Below, one piece after another: positions 51,486 to 61,326 of a stretch of DNA of 64,000 nucleotides. Both the position numbers and the translations under genes were made by a program. This DNA comes from an uncultured Acidimicrobiia bacterium. Lineage in GTDB: Bacteria; Actinomycetota; Acidimicrobiia; Acidimicrobiales; AC-14. The stretch spans positions 32,001 to 96,000 of the forward strand of contig CAWIIV010000019.1 in the NCBI GenBank assembly GCA_963836205.1, read 5' to 3'. Each line of letters opens with the position of its first letter. Position 1 is the stretch's first letter. The notes below the pieces were generated by a model. The model was not told the DNA's origin, ran no database searches, and saw nothing but the letters and a program-made list of their open reading frames with translations.

Positions 51486-52451
51486 TCACCAGCGGTGCTC
51501 CCAGCCGACGTCGGGCAGGGCGGCGTCGCGCAGGCGGCGTTCGGAGGGGTCGGCGGTGCAGTAGCCGATCTCCAGCGGCAGGCCGAGGCCGAGCTCGACG
51601 AAGACGGTGGCCACCCGGGCGGGGTCGGGGGCGGCGAAGACCAGCTCGTAGTCCTCGCCCCCGCCGAGGGCGAGCAGCTCGGGCTCGTCGCTCACCCGGG
51701 ACACGCCCACCGCCACCGGCACCTTCTCCACCACCACGCCCACGCCCGATGCGGCGGCCAGGTGGCGGAGATCGGAGGCCAGGCCGTCGGACACGTCGAT
51801 CATGGCCGTGGCCCCCGCGGCCCTCGCCGCCGACCCCTCGGCCAGGCGGGCCCGCGGCCGGCGATGGGCGAGCACGAGGTCGGCGAAGGCGGCCGCCTCC
51901 CCGCCCAGCCCGGCGGCACCCGCCCGCAGCACGGCCAGCCCCGCGGCCGACGACCCCAGGGGGCCGGTGACGAACAGGCGGTCGCCGGGACGGGCTCCCG
52001 ATCGCAGCACGGGGCCGGGAGACGACTGCCCGCCGTCGCCGGCGATGGCCACCGACACCACGAGCGTCGGCGCCGACGTCATGTCGCCGCCCACGACCGG
52101 GCAGGCATAGGCGAGCGACGCCTCCAGCAACCCGTCGTAGAGGAGCCCCACGTCGACCTCGCCGAGCGGCCCGGCCACGCTCACCACCGCGGCCAGCGGC
52201 CGGCCCCCCACCGCGGCCACGTCGCTCACGTTGGCCACCAACGCCTTCCATCCGAAGTCGTCCAGCCCCACGAGGGAGAGGTCGGCGTGCACTCCGGCGA
52301 CCACCGCGTCGCACGCGAGGAGGAGGGCGCCCGCCGGTCCGGGCACCAGGGCCACGTCGTCGCCGACCCAGATCTGCCCGTCGGGGCCCGTCATCCGTCG
52401 GCGCAACTGCTCGATGAGGGCGAACTCGCCCGGTAGAGTCGTGAAGTTCAC
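51486..52451 (-). CDS. thiL: Thiamine-monophosphate kinase
   Basis: GEFALI, GDD, NVSDVAAVGG, VGGD, RSGARPGD, IDVSDGL, GGEDYEL, GWEH. Confidence 0.95.
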   Translation of the reverse strand: MNFTTLPGEFALIEQLRRRMTGPDGQIWVGDDVALVPGPAGALLLACDAVVAGVHADLSLVGLDDFGWKALVANVSDVAAVGGRPLAAVVSVAGPLGEVDVGLLYDGLLEASLAYACPVVGGDMTSAPTLVVSVAIAGDGGQSSPGPVLRSGARPGDRLFVTGPLGSSAAGLAVLRAGAAGLGGEAAAFADLVLAHRRPRARLAEGSAARAAGATAMIDVSDGLASDLRHLAAASGVGVVVEKVPVAVGVSRVSDEPELLALGGGEDYELVFAAPDPARVATVFVELGLGLPLEIGYCTADPSERRLRDAALPDVGWEHRW

Positions 52452-52491
52452 GTTACGCGTCCCCGGACCACCTAGATTCGCTGGAGGCCTC

Positions 52492-52734
52492 TTGCAGGGC
52501 GTCATCAAGTCGTACGACCCCGGTACCAAGGAAGGCGTCCTCGTCCGGGACACCGATCGCAGCGAGTACGACCTCGCGACCGACGCCATCACCGGGTCGG
52601 TCTTCCGCATGCTTCGGCAGGGGCAGCGGGTCGTGTTCGACCTCGACGGCGCGGGTCGGGCCACCAAGCTGCGGCTTGGGTCCGAAGTCGACATGGGTAC
52701 ACCAGGGTTCCCCCCCAGAGTGAAAGAGGATTGA
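52492..52734 (+). CDS. Small OB-fold / cold-shock-like protein
   Basis: GGAGG RBS, TTG start; [24 protein letters not shown]; stop overlaps pckG ATG. Confidence 0.7.
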   Translation: MQGVIKSYDPGTKEGVLVRDTDRSEYDLATDAITGSVFRMLRQGQRVVFDLDGAGRATKLRLGSEVDMGTPGFPPRVKED

Positions 52735-54560
52735 TGGCCCAGATCACGAACACGAACCAGATCACGAACACGAAGACGACGAACCAGAAGCTGTTGGCGT
52801 GGGTCGACGAGATGGCGGCCCTGTGCACGCCCGACAAGGTCGAGTGGTGCGACGGCTCCCAGGAGGAGTACGACCGCCTCTGCCAGCTCCTGGTCGACGG
52901 GGGCACCCTCACCGCCCTCGACCCCGAGAAGCGCCCGGGCAGCTACTGGGCCACGTCCGACCCCGGCGACGTCGCCCGCGTCGAGGACCGCACCTACATC
53001 TGCTCGGCCGAGGCGATCGACGCCGGTCCCACCAACAACTGGCGTGACCCGGCGGAGATGAAGGAAGTCCTCACCGGCCTGTTCAAGGGCTCGATGAAGG
53101 GTCGCACCATGTACGTGGTGCCCTTCAGCATGGGCCCCCTCGGCTCGCCCATCGCCCACATCGGCGTGGAGCTGTCCGACTCCGCCTACGTGGCCATCAA
53201 CATGCGGATCATGACCCGCATGGGCCAGGCCGTCCTCGACACCCTGGGCGACGGCGAGTTCGTCCCCTGCCTGCACTCGGTGGGCGCCCCCCTCGCGGAG
53301 GGCCAGGCCGACGTGTCCTGGCCGTGCGACGCGGAGAACAAGTACATCGTCCACTTCCCCGAGGAGCGCACGATCTGGTCCTACGGGTCGGGCTACGGCG
53401 GCAACGCCCTCCTGGGCAAGAAGTGCTTCGCCCTGCGCATCGCCTCGGTCATGGCCCGCGACCAGGGCTGGCTGGCGGAGCACATGCTCATCCTCAAGCT
53501 CACCTCGCCGGAGAAGGTCGTCCGATACGTGGCCGCCGCCTTCCCGTCGGCCTGCGGCAAGACCAACCTGGCCATGCTCGTGCCCACCCTGCCCGGCTGG
53601 GACGTCCAGACCGTCGGCGACGACATCTGCTGGATGAAGTACGGCGACGACGGCCAGCTCTACGCCATCAACCCCGAGGCCGGGTTCTTCGGCGTGGCCC
53701 CGGGCACGTCCGACGACACCAACCCCAACGCCATGACCACCTTGGAGAAGAACTCCCTGTTCACCAACACCGCCCTCACCGACGACGGGGACGTGTGGTG
53801 GGAGGACATGACCAAGGAGAAGCCGGCCCACCTCATCGACTGGAAGCGCAACGACTGGAGCCCGGAGTCGAAGACCCCGGCCGCCCACCCCAACGCCCGC
53901 TTCACCACACCCGCCAGCCAGTGCCCGGTGATCGCCCCCGAGTGGGAGGACCCCAAGGGCGTGCCGATCTCGGCCATCCTCTTCGGCGGCCGCCGCTCGA
54001 CGGTGATCCCCCTGGTGCACGAGTCGTTCAGCTGGCAGCACGGGGTGTTCCTGGGCTCGATCATGGCCTCGGAGACCACCGCGGCCCAGGCCGGCGCGGT
54101 CGGCAACCTCCGCCGTGACCCCTTCGCCATGCTGCCGTTCTGCGGCTACAACATGGCCGACTACCTGGGCCACTGGCTCGACGTGGGCAACGCCGCCGCC
54201 GACCAGTCCAAGCTGCCCAAGCTCTACTACGTCAACTGGTTCCGCAAGAGCCCCGAGGGCAAGTGGCTGTGGCCCGGGTTCGGCGAGAACAGCCGGGTTC
54301 TGGCCTGGATCTTCGGCCGCATCACCGGCCAGGCCGACGCGGTGGAGACGGTCATCGGCAACCTGCCGACACCCGAGTCGCTCGACACCACCGGCCTCGA
54401 CGTCGACGACGCGGCCATGGCCGAGCTGCTCCGGGTGGACGTGGAGGATTGGCGGGCCGAGGTGCCCTCGATCGAGGACCACTACGCCAAGCTGGGCGAG
54501 CGCCTCCCCGTCGCCCTCAAGGACGAGTTGCAGGCCTTGGAGAAGCGGCTCAGCGCCTAG
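52734..54560 (+). CDS. pckG: Phosphoenolpyruvate carboxykinase (GTP)
   Basis: [56 protein letters not shown]. Confidence 0.97.
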   Translation: MAQITNTNQITNTKTTNQKLLAWVDEMAALCTPDKVEWCDGSQEEYDRLCQLLVDGGTLTALDPEKRPGSYWATSDPGDVARVEDRTYICSAEAIDAGPTNNWRDPAEMKEVLTGLFKGSMKGRTMYVVPFSMGPLGSPIAHIGVELSDSAYVAINMRIMTRMGQAVLDTLGDGEFVPCLHSVGAPLAEGQADVSWPCDAENKYIVHFPEERTIWSYGSGYGGNALLGKKCFALRIASVMARDQGWLAEHMLILKLTSPEKVVRYVAAAFPSACGKTNLAMLVPTLPGWDVQTVGDDICWMKYGDDGQLYAINPEAGFFGVAPGTSDDTNPNAMTTLEKNSLFTNTALTDDGDVWWEDMTKEKPAHLIDWKRNDWSPESKTPAAHPNARFTTPASQCPVIAPEWEDPKGVPISAILFGGRRSTVIPLVHESFSWQHGVFLGSIMASETTAAQAGAVGNLRRDPFAMLPFCGYNMADYLGHWLDVGNAAADQSKLPKLYYVNWFRKSPEGKWLWPGFGENSRVLAWIFGRITGQADAVETVIGNLPTPESLDTTGLDVDDAAMAELLRVDVEDWRAEVPSIEDHYAKLGERLPVALKDELQALEKRLSA

Positions 54561-54590
54561 TCTTCCGGCGACCCGAGAAGGAGGGTGCGG

Positions 54591-54827
54591 ATGTCGGTCC
54601 GTGCGTACGTGCTGATCCAGACCGAGGTGGGCAAGTCCACCCAGGTCGCCCACACCGTGGCCGACATCGAAGGGGTGGTGGCGTCGGAGGGCGTCATGGG
54701 CCCCTACGACGTCATCGCCCGGGCGGAGGCGGAGTCGAACGACGCCATGAACAAGCTCGTCGTCAACCGGATCCAGCTCATCGACGGGATCACCCGCACC
54801 CTCACCTGCCCCGTGGTCAACCTGTAG
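54591..54827 (+). CDS. Lrp/AsnC ligand-binding (RAM) domain protein
   Basis: VRAYVLIQTEVGK, GPYDVI, GITRTLTCPVV. Confidence 0.9.
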   Translation: MSVRAYVLIQTEVGKSTQVAHTVADIEGVVASEGVMGPYDVIARAEAESNDAMNKLVVNRIQLIDGITRTLTCPVVNL

Positions 54828-54847
54828 CAACCGTTTATCAGTCTGAG

Positions 54848-55204
54848 TTACTTCAGCAGTGCGGCCCGGATGGCGAGGCCCATCACGAAGAGGCCGCCGA
54901 AGCCGTAGAGCAGGTACAGGCGGTGCTTCAGCTGCTGGCGGTAGGAGTGGATGATCGCCACCGAGATGATGGCGAGGAACCCGTAGAAGGTGTGGAACTG
55001 GGGGGTATCGACGTTGTCGACCGCCATCAGCCACACGCCCAGGATCACCTCCACGAACACCGCCACCTGGGCGAAGGCGGTGAACCACCACAGGGACCGG
55101 GTGCGGAAGTGTGGCCATCGGGCGGCGGCCAGGGCCCACGCCCCGGCGCCGCCGTTGCCGAGGATGACGACCCACGACCACAAGCCGTGCAGGAACTGCA
55201 CCAC
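54848..55204 (-). CDS. Small hypothetical membrane protein
   Basis: 4 TM helices, FHTFYG. Confidence 0.72.
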   Translation of the reverse strand: MVQFLHGLWSWVVILGNGGAGAWALAAARWPHFRTRSLWWFTAFAQVAVFVEVILGVWLMAVDNVDTPQFHTFYGFLAIISVAIIHSYRQQLKHRLYLLYGFGGLFVMGLAIRAALLK

Positions 55205-55219
55205 GCGCCGCGTCCGGGC

Positions 55220-56008
55220 TCAGAGACCCGCGAACACGTCGGTCTCGACCGTGCCCGGGGGCGCGTCGACCAGGATGTACCACTCCTGGCCGAAGGCGAT
55301 CTTGAACATCGCCGGGTCCATGGCCAGGAAGAACGACGACTCCGAGATCTGGCTCCCGTGGCTGCCCATGGCCTTGCGCTTGAGGTCGACGTAGTGGTGG
55401 ACGTCGACGGTGGTGGTGATGCGCTCGCCGGGCACGCCGATGTCGAGGGTGGTGGGGTCGAGGTCGCCCGGCATGTCCTGGCCTGACGCCACCAGCTCCG
55501 CCATCGAGGCGCGGACGAAATCCTTGTCGACGGTGTTCAGGTAGACCTTGGGCGTCCCCGCCAGCTGCGCCGCCCGCACCCCCACCCGGTGGACCTGGAC
55601 GTGGTCGGGATGGCCGTACACACCGTTCTCGTCGTAGGCGGTGAGGACGTCGGCCCCCTCCTCCTCCAGGATGTCGGCCAGCCGGCGTGCCGCCTCCTCC
55701 ACGTCGGCCTGCCAGAAACAGGTGGGATCGTCGTTCTCGGGCGTGCCGTCCATCCCCGAGTCGACGTAGCCGAGGAACTCCACCCGGCTGGCGCCCAGGA
55801 CGGCGGCCGCGGCGTGGGTCTCCTCCACCCGCCGCTGCCACAGGGCCTCGCCCGGCTCCAGATAGCCGTCGGCGACCTCGCCTCGCTCACCCCGGGTTGC
55901 GACCACCAGCACGACCCGGTGGCCGTCGGCGGCGGCCTTGGCCATGGTGCCGCCGGTGGCGATGGCCTCGTCGTCGGGGTGGGCGTGGAAGACGACCAAG
56001 GTGCTCAT
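55220..56008 (-). CDS. PIG-L family deacetylase (MshB/Mca-like)
   Basis: HAHPDDE, ATRGERGE, LGYVDSGM, YGHPDH. Confidence 0.9.
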   Translation of the reverse strand: MSTLVVFHAHPDDEAIATGGTMAKAAADGHRVVLVVATRGERGEVADGYLEPGEALWQRRVEETHAAAAVLGASRVEFLGYVDSGMDGTPENDDPTCFWQADVEEAARRLADILEEEGADVLTAYDENGVYGHPDHVQVHRVGVRAAQLAGTPKVYLNTVDKDFVRASMAELVASGQDMPGDLDPTTLDIGVPGERITTTVDVHHYVDLKRKAMGSHGSQISESSFFLAMDPAMFKIAFGQEWYILVDAPPGTVETDVFAGL

Positions 56009-56093
56009 GGATTCCGAAGCTAGCCCTCGGGACCGGGATGCTCGGTCCCGATACGGAACTCTGGGCGGACCGGATGCGCCGGTGGCGGCGGGC

Positions 56094-56717
56094 CTACAGC
56101 CGGTCGAGGAGCTTGGCCTTCTTGACGTCGAACTCGGCCTGGGAGATGACGCCCCGCTGGCGCAGCTCCTCCAGTTTCTCCAGCTGCTCGAGGGGGGACA
56201 GTTCGCGGCGGCCGGCCATGCGGTCGGCGTCGCGGCCCTGGGCCAGCTCGATCTGGTGGTGGATCAGGTTCTGGGTGCGCTCGGGGTGGGGGAAGCTGCT
56301 GAACAGCTGCTGGCCCCGCTCCCCCGCCGACTCGATGAGCAGGTCGCCCGCCCCCAGCATGCGCTGGAAGATCGTGGAGTGGAACGACACGTCGTTGAGC
56401 CGTTCCAACGGTATCTCCCGGCCCGACTTGGAGATGACGCCGGTGCGGTGGATGAGGCGGTCGGTGGTGACCACGAACGTGGTGGTGGCCCACTTGGCGT
56501 ACCGGACCACGAACCACACCAGGGCCAGCACCACCAGCAGGAGCAGGGGGATCATCGCCAGCCGCTGCACGTCGCCCGCCACCTGGGCCGACACCCCGAT
56601 GGCGAGGACCAGCACCACCACCAGGGCCACCGCCGGGCCGGCCAGGAAGAACCAGTGGGGCCGCATCTCGACGACGATGTCCTCGCCCTCGTTCAGGTAC
56701 TTGCGGGGGAAGGCCAT
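56094..56717 (-). CDS. Membrane protein with bacterial PH and SHOCT domains
   Basis: LNEGE..RPHW, VTTDRLI.RTG, GAGDLLIESAG, LEKLEELRQRGVISQAEFDVKKAKLL. Confidence 0.88.
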   Translation of the reverse strand: MAFPRKYLNEGEDIVVEMRPHWFFLAGPAVALVVVLVLAIGVSAQVAGDVQRLAMIPLLLLVVLALVWFVVRYAKWATTTFVVTTDRLIHRTGVISKSGREIPLERLNDVSFHSTIFQRMLGAGDLLIESAGERGQQLFSSFPHPERTQNLIHHQIELAQGRDADRMAGRRELSPLEQLEKLEELRQRGVISQAEFDVKKAKLLDRL

Positions 56718-56742
56718 GGGTCGCCCAGGGTAGCGAGGCTGC

Positions 56743-57315
56743 TCAGGCGAAGAGGCGCAGCTGGCACAGGCGGCCGACGGCGTCGTCCCACGACGCCAGC
56801 CGGCGAGCCCGGAGCAGGGGCTGATCGCGGTTGTAGGGACGGTCGAGCAGCCACGACTGGCACACGTCGGCCAGCAGCTCGGCCTCGACGGGGTTGTCCT
56901 CGATGGTGGCGTCGACCCCGATGGCCCGCCCCAACTCGGCCTTGCCCCCCACGGCCGTGTGGTGGACCTCGTCGAGCGGCAGCCCGTGGGCCTCGAGCCA
57001 CGACGCGGTGGCGGCGGCCAGGTGGGGGGCACGGGCGGTGATGCCCACCATCCGCCACCCGGCGTGGACCAGGGTGGTGACGGCCGCGGCCGCCCCCTCG
57101 GCCACCGGGGCGGTGCGGTAGAGCTCGGTGTCGGCGAAGGTCTCGTCGAGGAAGGCGTGGAAGCGGGCCTCGGGCAGGCCCAGCTGGAGCAGCCGCAGGT
57201 CGTAGGTGCGCCAGGTGGCGGGGTGGCTCGACACCCCGAACCGGTCGGCGATGCGAGCCGCCACCGCCGGCCCGATGTCGCACAAGACCCCGTCGAGGTC
57301 GAGACCGAGAAGCAT
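56743..57315 (-). CDS. HAD-family 5'(3')-nucleotidase-like (NT5C) protein
   Basis: LDLDGVLCD, ITAR, K...IEDN, LLDRPYN. Confidence 0.82.
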   Translation of the reverse strand: MLLGLDLDGVLCDIGPAVAARIADRFGVSSHPATWRTYDLRLLQLGLPEARFHAFLDETFADTELYRTAPVAEGAAAAVTTLVHAGWRMVGITARAPHLAAATASWLEAHGLPLDEVHHTAVGGKAELGRAIGVDATIEDNPVEAELLADVCQSWLLDRPYNRDQPLLRARRLASWDDAVGRLCQLRLFA

Positions 57316-57497
57316 GCCCCGAGGCTATCGGGGGGGTGGGACACCGAGCCGCCAGCCGTGGATCGGCCGGACCCGCAATCAACCGGTCGATCCGAACACC
57401 GAGCCGCCAGCCGCGGATCGGCCGCCGGATCACGTCCTTGTGGGTGAGGCAAAGTGACGGCGCCCGGCGGCGGCGCGGCGGCGACCATCCGCGTTTC

Positions 57498-57534
57498 TGT
57501 CGCACCCCGTCGGTACGGTCGAACGCATGGTCGA
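57498..57534 (+). promoter_or_regulatory. PafBC/RecA-NDp-type promoter plus overlapping LexA-like box at uvrD2
   Basis: TGTCGC-N10-TA-cgg-T (57498-57519) and TCGAAC-GCAT-GGTCGA (57519-57534), each one mismatch from consensus. Confidence 0.6.
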
Positions 57535-59554
57535 TGAGGAGCTGCTGGCCGGGTTGAACCCGGCGCAGCGGCAGGCGGTAGTGAGCGAGGCGGCACCGCT
57601 GTGCATCCTGGCCGGGGCGGGGTCGGGCAAGACCCGGGTCCTCACCCGCCGGATCGCCTGGCGGGTGGCCCAGGGCAGCGCCCTCGCGCCCCACGTCCTG
57701 GCCCTCACCTTCACCCGGCGGGCGGCCAACGAGTTGGGCATGCGGCTGGCCCAGCTCGGCGTGCGGGAGCAGGTCGCAGCCGGCACCTTCCACGCCGTCG
57801 CCTACGGCCAGCTCCGGCGGCTGTGGGCCGACTGGGGCGAAAGGCCACCGGCCCTGCTCGACCGCAAGGTCCGGCTGTTGGCGTCGCTGCTCCCGAGCCC
57901 GGCCGGCGCCCAGGTCCATCCGGCCGACATCGCCACCGAGATCGAGTGGGCCAAGGCCCGCATGGTGTCCCCGTCCGTCTACGAGGCGGCCGCCGCGGCC
58001 GCCGGGCGTCGGCCCCCCTTGACCGGGGCGGCCATGGCCGTGCTCTACCAGCGCTACGAGCAGGAGAAGGCCAAGCGCCACCTGGTCGACTTCGACGACC
58101 TCCTCCTCCTGTGCGCCACTGCCCTCGAGGTCGACCGCACGTTCGGCGCCGCCCAGCGGTGGCGGTTCCGGCACCTCTTCGTCGACGAGTTCCAGGACGT
58201 CAACCCCCTCCAGTTCCGGCTCCTCGAGGCGTGGCGGGGCGACCGCTCCGACCTGTGCGTGGTGGGCGACCCCAACCAGGCCATCTACGCCTGGAACGGG
58301 GCCGACCCCGCCTACCTCGCCGCCTTCCGGCTCCGCTTCCCGACGGCCGAGGTGGTGCACCTCGACGACAACTACCGCTCGTCGCCCCAGATCCTGGCCG
58401 TGGCCAACGCCGTCCTCGACAGCTCCGCCGCCGCCACCGGCGACGAGCACGCGCCCCACCGGCTCCAGGCCCACCAGTCCGCGGGGCCGGTGCCCTCGGT
58501 GTCCTCCTGGCCCACCGACCGGGAGGAGGCGGTCGAGGTGGCCCGCGCCCTCCGCCGCCGGGCCGGCACCACGCCCTGGTCGCACATGGCCGTGCTCACC
58601 CGCACCCACGCCCAGCTGCTGCTCTTCGAGGAGGCGCTGCGGTCGGCGAGGGTGCCCTACCGCCTCCGGGGCCGCGGCGCCTTCCTCGACCAGCCCGAGA
58701 TCCGGTCGGCCCTGTCCGAGCTCCGCCGTCGTCCGCCCGACACCCTACTGGCGGCGGCGCTGCCCGACCTGCGGGAGATGGCGGAGGAGGCGGAGCCGGA
58801 AAGCTCCGCCGGTGAACGGCGGGGCCACCTCGACGGGCTGCACCGCATGGCCCAGGAGCATCTGGCCACCGACCCCGCGGCCAGCCTGTCCGGGTTCATG
58901 GGGTGGTTGCGGGCGGCGCTGCGAGGCGACGACGCCGTCGACAGCGACAACGCGGTCGCCCTCACCACGTTCCACGCGGCCAAGGGCCTGGAGTGGGACA
59001 TCGTGTTCCTGGCCGGTCTCGAGCACGGCCTGCTACCGATCAGCTGGGCCGAGACGCCCGAGGCCCTCGCCGAGGAGCGGCGCCTGCTCTATGTCGCCGT
59101 CACCCGGGCCCGGGTCGAGCTGCACGCGTCGTGGGCCAAGAAGCGGTCGTTCGGCGCCCGCTCGCTTACCCGTCAGCCGTCGCCCTACCTGGAGGCGGTC
59201 ACCGCCGCGGTGCGCGACCTGGCCGAGGGGGGCACGGGCGACGGGTGGCGGCGGTGGGTCGACGAGGGCCGGGCCCGCCTGCGGGCGGCCAGCGGCGGGC
59301 GCCCGCCTATGGCCGGGGCCAACGCCGATCCCGAAGTGCTGGAGGCGCTGAAGACGTGGCGGGCCCGCACCGCCCGGGCCACCGGCGTGCCCGCGTTCGT
59401 GGTCTTCCACGACACCACCCTGGCCGCGGTGGCCGAGGCCAAGCCCCGCGATCGCACCGCCCTGCTCGCCCTTCCTGGGGTCGGCCCGGTCAAGGCCGAG
59501 CGCTACGGCGACGCCGTGCTCGCGGTCGTGGCCACGTCCGCACCCGGAGGTTGA
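57527..59554 (+). CDS. uvrD2: UvrD2-type ATP-dependent helicase with HRDC domain
   Basis: LAGAGSGKTR, VDEFQD, VGDPNQAIY, NYRS, TFHAAKGLEW, EERRLLYVAVTRA; C-terminal PAFVVFHDTTL..GVGPVK. Confidence 0.9.
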   Translation: MVDEELLAGLNPAQRQAVVSEAAPLCILAGAGSGKTRVLTRRIAWRVAQGSALAPHVLALTFTRRAANELGMRLAQLGVREQVAAGTFHAVAYGQLRRLWADWGERPPALLDRKVRLLASLLPSPAGAQVHPADIATEIEWAKARMVSPSVYEAAAAAAGRRPPLTGAAMAVLYQRYEQEKAKRHLVDFDDLLLLCATALEVDRTFGAAQRWRFRHLFVDEFQDVNPLQFRLLEAWRGDRSDLCVVGDPNQAIYAWNGADPAYLAAFRLRFPTAEVVHLDDNYRSSPQILAVANAVLDSSAAATGDEHAPHRLQAHQSAGPVPSVSSWPTDREEAVEVARALRRRAGTTPWSHMAVLTRTHAQLLLFEEALRSARVPYRLRGRGAFLDQPEIRSALSELRRRPPDTLLAAALPDLREMAEEAEPESSAGERRGHLDGLHRMAQEHLATDPAASLSGFMGWLRAALRGDDAVDSDNAVALTTFHAAKGLEWDIVFLAGLEHGLLPISWAETPEALAEERRLLYVAVTRARVELHASWAKKRSFGARSLTRQPSPYLEAVTAAVRDLAEGGTGDGWRRWVDEGRARLRAASGGRPPMAGANADPEVLEALKTWRARTARATGVPAFVVFHDTTLAAVAEAKPRDRTALLALPGVGPVKAERYGDAVLAVVATSAPGG

Positions 59555-59585
59555 CGAGGCGCCCGTCCGGCGCGAAAACAGACCC

Positions 59586-59882
59586 ATGCGTTCCTTCGAT
59601 TGGCCTGGTGAGGACGGTTGGGCATACCCGGACAGTGAGAAGGAGCTGGCCGACCCCGACGGCTGGTTCGACGACGACGCGGTGGCCCTGCGGGCGTCGC
59701 CGCCCCGCCTCGACGGCCTCGACCCCCTCGAGCGGCAGGTCATCGTGGCCCACTACGGCATCGACGGCAGCCCGCCCCGAACCATGAAGCAGCTCCACTA
59801 CGACCTCGACATCCCCCGGGCCGACCTCCGCACCGCCCTGGCCGGCGGCCTGGCCAAGCTCCGAATCGAGTTCCTGGCGTAG
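59586..59882 (+). CDS. Small protein with a sigma-70 region-4-like domain
   Basis: LDPLERQVIVAHYGIDGSPPRTMKQL...GLAKLR parallels the sigma-4 pattern. Confidence 0.65.
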   Translation: MRSFDWPGEDGWAYPDSEKELADPDGWFDDDAVALRASPPRLDGLDPLERQVIVAHYGIDGSPPRTMKQLHYDLDIPRADLRTALAGGLAKLRIEFLA

Positions 59883-59886
59883 GCGG

Positions 59887-60681
59887 TTACGACGAGAAGT
59901 CGGCCAGGAGGGGGGCGTGGTCGGACGGACCCTTGCCCTTGCGGGCGAAGCGGTCGATGAGGGCCCACGTGGAGCGGTCGGCGAGGACCCGGGTGGCGAG
60001 GATGAGGTCGATGCGCAGGCCCCGGCCCTGGTGGAAGTCGCCGGCCCGGTAGTCCCACCACGAGTAGAGCCGGTCCTGGTCGTAGTGCTGGCGGAAGACG
60101 TCGACCAGGCCCCAGTCCCGGAGGGCCGCCACCGCCGCCCGCTCGGCCGGGCTCACGTGGGTGTTGCCGTGGAGCTTGGTCGGGTCCCAGACGTCACGGT
60201 CGTCGGGGGCGACGTTGAAGTCGCCGCACACCACCAGGGGCTGGGCCGGGTCGCACCCGGTGGCCAGATCCTGGTGCAGCCGGGCCAACCACGCCAGCTT
60301 GGCCTCGTAGAACTCGCTGTCGACCATCCGCCCGTTGGGGACGTAGACGCTCCCCACCCGCACTCCCCCGCACGTGGCCCACAGCAGGCGGGCCTCGGTG
60401 GTCTCGGAGCCAGATTCATCTGGGGCCTGATCGGAGAACCCGGCGACCACGTCGTCGATCCCCACCCGGCTGAGGATGGCCACCCCGTTCCACTGGCCCT
60501 GGCCGCAGTGGGCGGCGTCGTAGCCGAGGGCGGCGAAGGCGAGGGACGGGAAGGCGCTGTCGGCCAGCTTCGTCTCCTGCAGGCACAGGATGTCGGGTTG
60601 GGCGTAGGCCAGCCACTCCTCCACCCGACCCAGGCGGGCCTTCAGGGAGTTGACGTTCCAGGTCGCGATCCGCATCGCCAC
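59887..60681 (-). CDS. xth: Exodeoxyribonuclease III
   Basis: ATWNVNS, LQETK, YVPNG, GDFNVAP, SWWDYR, LRIDLIL, PSDH. Confidence 0.96.
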   Translation of the reverse strand: MAMRIATWNVNSLKARLGRVEEWLAYAQPDILCLQETKLADSAFPSLAFAALGYDAAHCGQGQWNGVAILSRVGIDDVVAGFSDQAPDESGSETTEARLLWATCGGVRVGSVYVPNGRMVDSEFYEAKLAWLARLHQDLATGCDPAQPLVVCGDFNVAPDDRDVWDPTKLHGNTHVSPAERAAVAALRDWGLVDVFRQHYDQDRLYSWWDYRAGDFHQGRGLRIDLILATRVLADRSTWALIDRFARKGKGPSDHAPLLADFSS

Positions 60682-60707
60682 CGAGCGTAGGCCCTGGGGT
60701 CGGGCAC

Positions 60708-60748
60708 GAGAAACGCCGCATCCCCCAAATGGTTGGGAGAATGCGGCG
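60708..60748 (-). terminator. Intrinsic terminator-like hairpin
   Basis: Minus strand CGCCGCATtctCCCAA-ccat-TTGGGggATGCGGCG followed by TTTCT; a second hairpin lies at 60769-60797. Confidence 0.6.
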
Positions 60749-60859
60749 CTACATCGTGAAGCAGCTTCGGACAGGTTTTACTGCGTGAAACCTGTCCTGA
60801 CCGCCACGCTCCAGACCATGTTGCTCAGGCCGGACGACGTGGCGATCAAGGAAGTGAAC

Positions 60860-61093
60860 CTAGTTGCTGGCGATCGGGCCGTTGCCGGTGCGGCTGCTGC
60901 CGTACATACGGGCGATCGACTCCTGGTTGGCCTTGTTCGAGACGCTCTCGCCGGTCGAACGGCCGGGCCACGGGCTGACGTCGTTGACCGTGAGCGTGCC
61001 GCCGGGGTAGTTGCTGATCCCGCCGGTGTAGGAGCCACCGACCTGGGTGTCGAGGTTGGCGGGGTTCCTGGGCGTGCTGGCGATAACGGCCAT
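60860..61093 (-). CDS. Orphan 77-aa G/S/N/T-rich small protein
   Basis: Purine-rich GGAAAAGAG before ATG, GC3-biased codons, downstream hairpins; no motif recognised. Confidence 0.6.
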   Translation of the reverse strand: MAVIASTPRNPANLDTQVGGSYTGGISNYPGGTLTVNDVSPWPGRSTGESVSNKANQESIARMYGSSRTGNGPIASN

Positions 61094-61326
61094 GTGATTA
61101 TCTCTTTTCCGTCGGGTCCTAATTGGCTCGACACAACGACCATACCCGGGAATCGAGCCGAACTCTTCGGAAAAAACCCGGTCCTCGGATCGGAACCCAT
61201 TGAGACCGGTCCTGACCTGCACGTCTACAGCTTTGTTGCTTGTGAAAAAAAACACAAGCCTTCCGACCATGGAATTACAGGGCGCGATGTCCTGCTACCA
61301 TCCGGGGAGAGTCTCGGACAGCTTCG

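Noticed and set aside
50602-52490. TPP riboswitch at thiL/thiD
   Set aside because: No recognisable TPP aptamer core, and there is little room upstream of thiL before the divergent gene.
51486-55841. 1451-aa ORF and other long antisense ORFs (e.g. 7976-10474, 32611-35250)
   Set aside because: Shadow frames of real genes caused by GC3 bias; only the terminal parts (thiL, the 34780 gene) look like real proteins.
57341-57424. Mini-CRISPR (29-bp repeat, 26-bp spacer)
   Set aside because: Only two repeats, short spacer, no leader and no cas genes in the window.
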